Of a stretch of 64,000 bases of DNA, positions 53,590-64,000 are shown one piece after another. A program made the position numbers and the translations under genes. The notes beneath the pieces were generated by a model, which ran no database searches, had not been told where the DNA came from, and saw only the letters and a list, made by a program, of their open reading frames with translations. The DNA is taken from assembly GCA_045837725.1 (NCBI GenBank), contig JBEWZL010000011.1, forward strand, positions 682,001 through 746,000. Direction: 5' to 3'. The first letter of the stretch is position 1; each line of letters starts with the position of its first letter. Source of the stretch: Vermamoeba vermiformis (Eukaryota).

Positions 53590-56500
53590 ATGGAACTTAA
53601 TGGCAAGGAGCGTAGGGAGCATGCTAACGCTGTAACATCCTTCAACAGAGATCGAGATGAAAAAGACGACATTGAGAAGGAAAAAAATAATAAATACAAT
53701 ACCAATCGAAGACATAAGACCTTGTTTAGCGAAGAGCGATTTGAAACAAATGCTGTATTATTGCCGAGTCAAAAACGAAAAGTTGTTCAATGGCGCATGA
53801 AAGATAGGGTAAATATTCGTATTTATAAGTGAAATATTATTTTTAAATTAAATTGATTGTATTGCACGTGTATTTATTCAATTAAGCTCGAATAGTATTA
53901 CATACAAAATTATTTGATTATTTATTTGTAAATCCGCTGCGTACATGCTTGTTCAACGTACTAACTATGTATTCAAACAGATTAAAAATGCTGATCAGGT
54001 AACTATATTATTTACATCTCGCACTAAGAAGATTTTTCTTGAATCCACTTTTCAATTTGAAATTTGCTACTTTCTGTGCTATTTGCAAATTCTTAGTTAA
54101 ATATATTTTTATTAAATCGTGTTAAAGATGAAGACGGTGAGCGTTGCTCTGGTTATGTGCTTGAATATTGGTGTAGATCCTCCAGATGTGATCAAGACGA
54201 CGCCTTGTGCTCGCTTGGAATGTTGGGTTGGTATGTGCATTTTCACTACGCTAATACTCACTACCACTACTCACGCTATTTCCCATTTTCAGACCCCACT
54301 AGCATGCCTGCACCAAAAGCACTCGACACGATCGGTAAAACTCTACAAATGCAATACGAACGGTGGCAGCCAAGAGTAAGTTACCAACATATCACAATAT
54401 ATCAGTTATAACCTTTGATGTGATGTATCGAGGCGCCAAAAGCCTAGAAAGCCCAATCTAAAAATTGTTCGCGTTCGATCTGCGACTGATCTGTTGACCT
54501 TACAGGCCAAATACAAGTTGTGTCTCGATCCCACCGTTGAAGACGTGAAGCGACTATGTGTCGGGCTGCGACGTAATGCCAAAGAAGAGCGAGTTCTGTT
54601 CCATTACAACGGGCATGGAGTACCCAAACCAACCAACAACGGTGAACTTTGGGTGTTCAATAAGAACTTCACACAATACATTCCGTGCTCTATTTACGAG
54701 CTCCAGTCGTGGCTCGGCACGCCTTCAATCTACGTGTTCGATTCATCGGCAGCTGGCTTGATTGTCAAGTGGTTCAACAAGTTCATTGATCAACGACAAG
54801 GCGAGTACGAGGTACGTAGTATTTTAGTGTCAAGGCAGCTATCACTCACTAATTCCTTGTCAATAGCGTAACGCCAAAGTTCAAGTCAACCCTCAAGCTG
54901 TCAAACAACTGCGAGACTACATTTTGCTCGCGGCTTGTGGCACCAATGAAACGTTGCCCACGAACCCTGACTTGCCTGCAGATATTTTCACAGCTTGCTT
55001 GACCACGCCTATTAAGATTGCCTTGCGTTGGTTCTGCTCTCAAACTATTATCAACGGTGTCAAAGCCGAGCTAGTCGACAAGATCCCCGGTCGATTGAAC
55101 GATCGTCGTACTCCGTTGGGTGAATTGAACTGGATCTTCACCGCAATCACTGATACCATTGCTTGGAATACTTTGCCTAAACGTAAGTTAGACATTTTGG
55201 ACACATGACTCGATCCACGTTCTGACATTCTAGAAGCGCTCTTCCAAAAGCTGTTCCGTCAAGATCTGTTAGTGGCCAGTTTGTTCCGTAACTTCTTGCT
55301 CGCTGAAAGAATCATGAGATCATGCAAGTGCACGCCGATTTCTTATCCCAAGCTGCCGCCGACATACAACCATCCCATGTGGTACGTGTTAGACTGTCTT
55401 ATTTCGTAGCCGAACGCGACCTGACCTTTCATAATAGGCAAGCATGGGACTTGGCAGCTGATCAGTGCTTGTCTCAGCTCTCTAAATTGATTTCAGACCC
55501 GTCATACGAGTTCAAAGTACGTGACTTCACGCGTCCGTTATCAAAATTACGCTCGTTCTAACGATTGTTTAGCACTCAACGTTCTTCACTGAACAACTGA
55601 CGGCCTTTGAAGTGTGGCTCGAGTTCGGCACTGAAGAAAAGAAGCCGCCAGAGCAATTGCCTATCGTGCTTCAGGTCTTGTTGAGTCAACAGCACAGACT
55701 TCGCGCACTCGTTTTGTTAGGCAAATTTTTGGACCTCGGATATTGGGCCGTCAATCAGGTACGTCACGACAACTACGGTTAGGAAAGAGGCAACCCTCCA
55801 TTCCCATAACTTGTTCGGATGTGATCTATTCGCGGACTATCGATCTGCGACGTAGAATTTCTTCCGAAATATTATGCGTCTTACTAGGAGTGATACATAG
55901 TTTTTCCCTGACGTATTGCTTATTCCAACGGCGCTAGATCTCCTCTTATTGGATCTTTTTTTGCCGACTCCTGGTTCTAATTATTTTTGCTAGGCTCTAT
56001 CTGTGGGTATTTTCCCTTACGTATTGAAGCTGCTACAAAGCCCTGCAGTTGAGTTGCGCGAGATTTTGGTCTTCATTTGGGCTAAGATTTTGGCTCTTGA
56101 CAAGGTAACGTGATTGTCGACGCTAGATCAAGATCTGGTTTTTATTGACGTTATTTTATCCAGTCTTGCCAATTGGATCTGATCAAGGACGGTGGCCAAC
56201 ACTACTTCATCAATGTTCTGGGCAATACTAAAGTGCCTCCTGCTCAGCGCACTCAAGCCGCGTTCATTCTGAGCGTCATTTCCAACAACTGCCGTCCAGG
56301 CCAACAAGCTTGTTTGAATGCTCGTATGTTGCAGATCTGCTTGGGTCAGCTTAACGAACAAGACTCGATGTTGCGTCGTTGGGTCGTTTTCGCCTTGGCC
56401 AAGTTCTGGGAGAACTACGAAGAAGCCAAGTGGGCAGCCATCAAAGAGGGTGCGCACGAGAAGTTGTGCAGTTTGCTGCAAGATCCCGTGCCCGAAGTGC

Positions 56501-58937
56501 GCGCTGCCGCTGTGTACGCCTTGGGAACATTCATTGGTGGCGGACACTCACCGGAACCTTCATCCGTATGTTACTTAAGTTCGATATCAATACCTTACTA
56601 ATGACAAGGCGCAGGCTCAAATGGGTCAACCAAGTCAATCAGGACAGCCCCAAGGAGCGCCTTCTCCTCAACTTCCACAAAACAACCCTGCAGGCCCAGG
56701 AAATCCTCCTCAAACTATCTCCAGCCACCGTACCTCTGGCGGTGCTGCGTCTCAACCGACATTTGGCAGCGCGTCACGTGCTCGTAGTGAGCAACGCACG
56801 AGCATCGAATTGAACTTAGCTGTGACTTTGCCCGTCGTCACCACAGACAGCAGTCCTATGGTCCGCAAAGAGTTAATCATCGCCTTTGCTCATTTGATCC
56901 AAGCTTACGAAGACGAATTCAAGACGTTAATCAAGACCATTCAACGCAAGGAACAAGCTAAAGTTGCCTTGGACAAGAAGAAAGAGGCTGACAAGAAGAA
57001 GGCTAAGCCTGGTCCAGCCAAGGGAGCTCCCAACCAACCTCCTTCGCCCGAAGCCGAAGAGCTGCCCAACGCTAATGCCGAACAATCGTCAATCTACGAG
57101 TTCGTTTGGGATCACTTGTGGAACTTGACCACCGACCCTTATCCCGAGCTCGCACGCGTTGCTATTGCTCTCGTTAACAAAGTCAAGAGCCAAGCTGGTG
57201 ACACCTCGTTGTTGCCCATGCCACCTGTCGAAGCACCTCGTCGTATGAGCGAGGACCTTCAAGCTTCTCCAGCTGGCAAGTCACCACGACCGGGTGCCAA
57301 GAAGATCCAGCACAAGAAGGTGCCGAGCTTCTCCAACTTGTTGATGTTGAAGAAACAGCCGAGCATGAACGATTTGCGCAACAGTGGTGGTATCCCTGCC
57401 ACACCTAGCACTCCTAAGGCCGCGTCACTTCATCACCACGACGAGTAAGTAACAATATTTGGTAGTGTTGTAGAGCGAATTCTAACGTGAACTAGTGACT
57501 CTCGTGACGATGACAGCGACAGTGCCGCTGAAGACTTGCGTTCTACTTTGTACGAGTGGAGCTGCAACTACTTCTCGTTGCCATTGATGACGCCGAAAGA
57601 AGAAGACGAGACTTCACCGCAATACAGCGAGAAGCGTTGGCGTCAACAACGCATTGAGCACTTGAAGAAAGAAGCTCTCAGCCTCAACGACAAGGCATTC
57701 CAGATTCTCGGCTGCCGCAAGCTTGAGAACGAAATTGCCATTTTGGAGAACGACAATGAAATGGTATCGCTGTTGGCCTTCCATCCCTTCGAGAACATCA
57801 TTGTTGTGGGTGATGAGAAGGACGGCATTAGCGTGTGGAACTGGGAAGAGGGAGGCAAGATCAATCTCTTCTCGAACTGCAATCCGCCAGGCACGCGCTT
57901 GACTGCTCTTTCTTTGTTGAACGAGCACGATTACCCGTTGATTGCTACCGGCTCTGGTAAGTTAAATGGCATAACGGGTACTTGTCCCTATTACTAACGG
58001 TTACATGCACGTGTAGACGATGGTGTTGTGCGTATTTGGAGTGGTATTTACGAGCCCGAGAGCGTGAAGCTTGTCACCGCGTGGCGCGTTTTGCTCGGCC
58101 TTGCCCCGTTGACCAAGGGTACTGGCGCCGGTCTCATCGTGGATTGGCAACAACAGAACGAGCTCATGGTATGATAGGACACGCCATGTTTGACTTCAAC
58201 GCACCTAACTCTTTGTCAGATCGCATCTGGAAATGTCGGATCTATCAGAATTTGGGACGTCAACAAGGAGCTTAAAATTCAAGACATTTCAACTGCATGC
58301 GAGGCCTTCGTAACAGCGCTCGCCAGCGATAAGTCGGGAGGATCTGTCATCGCGGCTGGTTGTGCTGACGGATCGGTTCGTTTGTTCGACAGAAGAACAA
58401 GCTCCAAGTTTGGGTAAGTGCGATATCAGTCACGAGGGACTTTGCTAACGTTGCTTATTGCAGTCCTGTGGCTACGTTCTCTGAACACAAAGGCTGGATC
58501 GTGAGCGTGTCAATGCCTAAGAGCATCAATCAAATCATCTCTGGCTCGACGAGCGGTGAGATCAAGTTCTGGGACCCAGCCAAGTCCTCGTCAGTGCGCA
58601 CCATCACTGCCCACAGCGGCACTGTGATGACAAGCTGCACTGTTCACGATCAAGCACCACTGATCGCTACGTAAGTCGAGCAATGAATGAGGCCGATTCA
58701 ATGTATTAATGTCATTTAAAACGTAGCGGCTCACAAGACCAACGTATCAAGGTCATGAACTTCAACAGCGAGGAGTTGAGTCTTATTCGATACCACGACG
58801 GTTTCTTGGGTCAGCGCATCGGTCCAGTCTCCAGCCTGTCATTCCATCCCTTCCAAATTCTCTTGGCTGCTGGTGCTACTGACAGCATTGTTTCGATTTA
58901 CGCTGGAGAAACATTCAAGACTACTCCCTCGCCGTAA
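53590..58937 (+). CDS. RPTOR: Raptor (TORC1 scaffold), multi-exon
   Basis: [89 protein letters not shown] repeats, and WD40 ending [17 protein letters not shown]. Confidence 0.98.
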
Positions 58938-59147
58938 AAAACTAATGTGTAGATAGCGTCATTCTCGTTGTACAAATCTTTCTAAATAACAATTTTATCA
59001 ACCAAAATCTTATGGTCAATTCAGCCATCCACCTGCGCGAAATCCTCTTGTCAAAGCTTTATTCAAACTTAATTGAACAGAATAAAATAGACAAAAATAT
59101 CGCACATTTCATTTGGTGGGCAAATACACACTGCCACGTTGACCCAA

Positions 59148-60853
59148 TCAAAAGTTAGCGTTGAACAAGAAAGAGCCCATTTCCAAGATAGCCTTGCGAT
59201 AAATGCCGCCTCCAGTCACGATTCGCGGATCAATTTCCTTCTGCTTTAAGTCCATTGTTACCATCAACCAATCCAGTAACATTCCGGCACCGAGATTTTT
59301 GGGTGGGGTGTTGGTTCGTTTCATTTGATGAAAAGCGAACAGACTTGCGAGCGTCTTATCAAATCGAGCGTGATAATCGCGGCCCGGAAAGTTGATGAAC
59401 TTGAAAATGTTGAGCCAAATTTCCTGCGGGAAGATGTCCAAGGCTTGATCACTTGATGCAATAGTCAGCATTGCTTTCTGAGTTATTGCGTGGTTTTGTT
59501 CTTGCTCTTTCTTGTTCTCTTGAAGCAATTTAATGAGTTCAGGACATTCGACGTCGTCTACTGGACTGAGATCGGTGAGCGCTTTGTTGCTTGCGAGGAG
59601 GTCGATCATGTCGTCCTTGACTAGGTCTGTCTCCAATTCATCTGTCCAGAATTGCAGTGAGTGCACCGAGTCGTTGTTTTTCAGTGCCTCTCCGAGAAGT
59701 CGTCCTGCTTCTTCGAGGTGATACATGTAGGCATCATCACCCTCGTTCTCGTCGTAGCGTTTGGTCAGGTTGACTTCGGTCAGGCTTCTATTGACCTTGA
59801 GAATGTCTGCAACGGCTTGAACTTCCTCGACAGCGACCGTTGATATCGCCAAGCTGCGCATTCTCGTGTTCGTTTTCATGACTTCAGTGAACGCTTGCAA
59901 GCCTTTCTCATCAAACCCGGCGACGGAAAGCATGAGATCCGTCAACGTCGGGTTGACCTTCAACAAATTGGCAACGGGCAGATAAGGGTTGGTGATGTGC
60001 TTGCTAGTGATGTGGAGCGTGTTCACCGAGGTGTTCTTGGCAAGGGCGGCCATCAACTTGCTGCAGTGCTCGTCGTTCATGCCACAATCCTGCAGTTCGA
60101 GCTTCACCAGAGATTTGTTGAGTGTGAGCGCCTCGCTCAGCTCTTGAAAGGCTTTATTCGACAGACCAGCGCCGTATGTCTTGCAATCGGCGAAGATCAA
60201 GTCTTTCAATGAAGTATTGGTCTTCAACGCCTTGGCAATCTCCTCGCCTATGATGCCGTCGGCGAGTTTGAGGTGCAGCATAGTGATGTGATTCAGAGAA
60301 TTGCAAAACAGTTGCAGCGAGTCGTCAGAGCCGAAGGTGAATTCGCCGCCGAGCTTTAGAACGAAGAATTTCTTGCCAGCTTGCAACGCGTTGCAGAGGT
60401 ACTTCATACCAGATTCGTGGATGCTGGACAGAGTCAAAACCATCAGAGTTCTGTTGTCCTTCATAGCTCTGGCAAAGAGACGAGCAAAGCTACTAGAGAG
60501 TTCTCCCTCGAGCTGAAGAGAGACCATGGCCTTGTTTGTTTTCAGGATGCCGCAGAAGTAGCGCCAGTCAGCCTTCGAGAGTTCGGCGCAATTAACAATG
60601 ACTGCAGATTCTTTCCATTCGGCTTCTCTGTTCTTGATCTTAGCGACGACCTAAATATTGAAGCAGTTAGAAGCGAGATCGAGTTGCTGGATTCGTTCTA
60701 TTTTTGACATTTCGAGGTAAAATTGCAAAATTAAGTTATTGATAATACGTTGAAAATTTAATGCTCAATATACGAAACATAGTCAAATTTGTCCTGCAAC
60801 ATCGAATTTCCTCAGATTTAGAATTTGTAGCGCCTTACGTTTCGTGGGTTCAT
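59148..60853 (-). CDS. RNI-like leucine-rich repeat protein with C-terminal F-box-like motif
   Basis: MNPRN|VVAKIK... splices into ORF 59148-60527. It has repeated LxxNxSLxxLxL units and C-terminal IFPQEIWLNIFKFI. Confidence 0.85.
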
Positions 60854-61506
60854 GAGTGCTTAGGGTAGGTAGATTCCAAGTAGATTACGTAGATTGACGT
60901 TTTGAGGATCAAAAACAACAGGAGGTTTGTTGTTGTTAGTAGTTTAAGTTTGAACGGAAGAATGAAATTCAGGCGCCTAATTTTCTAAACTAGGTTAGTA
61001 AGGCCGTTAGTAAGTCTGCAGACTGCTCTGATTGTAATAGATAGACAGGTTAGTATACAATATTTTTGGCTAGCCATCAGCCTTACATTTCAAGGAAACT
61101 AAAACCGCGATCAGCTGAACGAAGTCTTAAATAAACGTCGAAAATAATCAACAAGCAAATAAAAGGTAATTTTAATGGTAACCAGTTTAAACTAAACCCT
61201 TAAAAATTAATTTTGAAATGTTGATCGAGATTTGCCTTGACAGGTGGAACGCAAGTAAAGCGATTGTGCAATAAAGGCACGAAACGATTATAAAAAATAT
61301 TCTCTTAATTTTAATACCTTATTTGTTGAAGTTCCTGCTCTAGCCGGCTTCGATCAGTACCTTCATTTGGTCCGGCTCTGGTGGAACAAGTAAGCTCGTA
61401 ATTAAATTGCTATTGCTTGCATGGCTTTGCTAATTTCTGTAACGTAATTGTTGTTTACAAACAACGCGCAAATTGTCTTCTTGGGTTGAAAAGTACGCCG
61501 TTTATT

Positions 61507-63720
61507 CTAATTTTTCTTGATGGAGACGTAGTACGGATCCTTGGCGAACAAATATCCTCCACGGGCCCAATCAATCGCTGGGAATCCTTCTTGCAAGGGA
61601 GTAAACTTGTAGTCGCTAAGGTAACGTTGTTAGAAAGGTCCAATTACACCCACAAGTAACAACTTACATTAGTAATTTAGGAATAGCGTTGATCATGATG
61701 GTGTACGCGATCTTTTCTCCCATGCACGGGTGCAAGCCAGTGCCGAACACGAAGTGGTAAGGCATGTATTTCTCTTGTGTTTGATAGCGCTCAGGTCGCC
61801 ACTGTAACACGGGTTATTAGCTTCGTATCAAAAAGGTTTGTTGTTGCTACGCGTACCTCTTCGGGATTATCGACGAGATCCGGGTTGTTTCCAATAGTCC
61901 ACGCGGACAGCACAACAGTCTTGTCCTTGGGAATAAGATAGTCACCAATCTGAGTGTCAGCTACAGTTTTTCTAATGGCACGATTAATATGAGAAAGGAA
62001 TTACAAGCCTAAAAAATACCTCAAAGTCATGAAAGCGCCGTATCTTCTATTGGTCTCCAGAATGACAGCCTTCAAGTACGGGAAGTTATTGATATCAAAT
62101 GTTGACACGCCCTTAGCGATGTTCTCTTGGTACTCTTTAATCACTTTCTCGCGAGCTTCTTTGTGGTTGGCGAGGCGCAACAAAGCCCAGGCAAATGTTC
62201 CGGCGGTGTTGGCGTGGAACGCGAAGATCATGCCCATCAAATGGCCGGAGATGACCTTTGTTATTCAAGGTGAGCAATATTAGTGTTAAATCGCACCGCT
62301 TACGTCTTGGTTAACGTCCTTAGTGTGACCGTTCATAATCATGTTGGTAACGTATTCAGGAGTAGTCTATTGAAGAATAAGAGCATATTCGTTGTTAAAT
62401 ATGAAGTTCTCTTACAGTATTTTGCGCGTGATTGTCAGCGTCGTTTGTCAAAAAGTCCATAACAATTTTGGAAACGCGTTTTCTGGCTTCTTGGACCTTC
62501 TTTGGCTTACCGAAAGGTAGGTACGGGATAATCATAGTTAAAGCGGCAAAACCTGAATTTATAAATTATTATCCGAAGTACATCCGCTGAAAATTGAAAA
62601 ATTTTACCGTCGATTTCAAGAGTTCTGAAGTCTTCGACAAGATTATCGCGATGTTTGTTGTAAATAATCTCTCCGAGAATAATACGAATGGCAGTGCGCA
62701 ACATGAACTTGCTGGCCTCGTGGAATAATTCGAGCTGTCATGTGTCAAAATTAATTAGGCTACATTTGGACTTTGTATTTGTGGTACACGTACTTTTTCT
62801 GTGCTTGCGGTCCATTCATTGACGATTTTATCCGTTTCCTCTTTGATAACAGTAAAGAATATTTCTAATTGTTTGGGAGTGTTGATGCCTTGCTTAACGA
62901 TGCTCGGAATTTTTTTGTTGAAGTTGGGATCTGAGTACAATTTGTCGTCCAAAATGTGGCTTACGAAATCGAGAATGCCACTATAATAATAATTAGTATA
63001 CATGTTAAGTATTTACAGCGATCTTACGCTTCAAAGCTGACTTCTTTGGGGTTCCAAGAGTAAAGTTTGCGCAACAACTCGGGATCCAATACATAGGTGA
63101 ATTGCTTCAAGCCCAAATCGAATTCGACGACGTCTCCGTACTTAACAATATTTTGATTAATATGAAATCACGGGATTTTGCGATTTAGATTTGTACCTTC
63201 TTTTTAGCCCACAACAGCAACTCTCCGGGACGTTCACCGTACTCGACCGCAAGTGGTTTCCAAGACGGTGACTTGACTTGATGAGGCAACTTAAGACCAG
63301 CAGGAACGGCGACCTGTTTAATTTGTGTTAAAAATCCTGCAATTTACAAAAGATTTCATGACGATCCGTCAGCGGAATAACTATAGAGCTTGGCGGTTTC
63401 ATAGCATAGCGAGAATGTTGCAGTTAATTATTACAATATGAAGAGCTCTTTTACTTGATGTGCACAAGAAAAAGATCCGATCTAGCTGATCGCAAGCCGA
63501 AAATTTGTTGAAAAAACGTTGGTTGTCCAGTAAATCATTTAAAATAATTCTATGATTTTTAGCCAACGATTCAGTTGCCTGACATGCGCGAGTCACGCGA
63601 TCTTGATCAACAGTAAAAAACAACAGTTGAAGTCAAACTTACTTGTCTCTTGCCACTGAGTAACTTGATAGCCAACAGAACTGCAATACCTCCAGCGATG
63701 ACGATAATTACGGAGACCAT
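61507..63720 (-). CDS. Cytochrome P450, multi-exon
   Basis: N-terminal anchor MVSVIIVIAGGIAVLLAI, I-helix MIFAFHANTAG, ETNR (ExxR), PER and heme motif FGTGLHPCMG. Confidence 0.93.
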
Positions 63721-64000
63721 TGAAAAATTAATACGAACGATTGTTCTATCGTGGTGCTCTCTACAAGAATAATGAAAATCTAACGGCCGCCAAACATTTT
63801 AATTTTATTTCGGGTGTTCGCGCTCCGGATTTTTCGGGTTATTGAAGGAGTAACAGTAATTCCGATCTGACCCGAAGTGGAAGTATGCGTGTACATTAAT
63901 TGCACGCAGGTAATATCTCTGTATACATCGCGTTTAGTATTCCTATAAAACAACTAAAGCATTTATTTCTTGGTCACAGTAACATAGTACGGATCCTTCG

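Noticed and set aside
54377-55992. snoRNAs in the two longer Raptor introns (54377-54504, 55759-55992)
   Set aside because: Only imperfect C boxes and isolated CTGA were found, with no terminal stem or recognisable rRNA guide. A covariance-model search would be needed.
63989-64000. ACGGATCCTTCG matches 12 nt of the LSU fragment near 2487-2498
   Set aside because: The match is too short, sits at the window edge, and the preceding bases are not rRNA-like; it is probably chance.

Overview
This is compact, intron-rich eukaryotic nuclear DNA with short GT-AG introns (mostly about 40-80 nt, CTAAY branch points). Gene content and style suggest an amoebozoan protist, which is an inference; the species is not identified. 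The first 2.7 kb is the edge of an rDNA unit on the minus strand: a 5'-truncated 3' end of LSU rRNA, candidate Pol I terminators, 18-bp and 199-bp spacer repeats, and a likely Pol I start near 180. It is joined directly to protein-coding genes. About 24 host genes follow: NAA50, ITPA, a Ki-67-like FHA protein, F-box/LRR, a delta-12 desaturase, a calmodulin-like protein, PARN, MRE11, NOC2, a class IV aminotransferase, RapGAP, RsmI, IWS1, ARL1, NDR kinase, SLC35B1, Raptor, an LRR protein, a P450 and several unknowns. A solitary 5S rRNA gene and an intact intron-containing pogo-like DNA transposon are also present. The most unusual part is 36.4-53.2 kb. It holds a Crinkler-like P-loop NTPase plus PD-(D/E)xK nuclease with an apparent mitochondrial presequence, a tandem kinase-pseudokinase gene, and a related REase-fold plus kinase gene with a strongly CpG-depleted body. 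Other notable items are a PARN ending in a CaaX motif, a hairpin covering a cryptic stop-introducing acceptor in the calmodulin-like gene, and an orphan UAP56/DDX39 fragment next to the 5S gene. All gene models were spliced by eye and no database searches were run.
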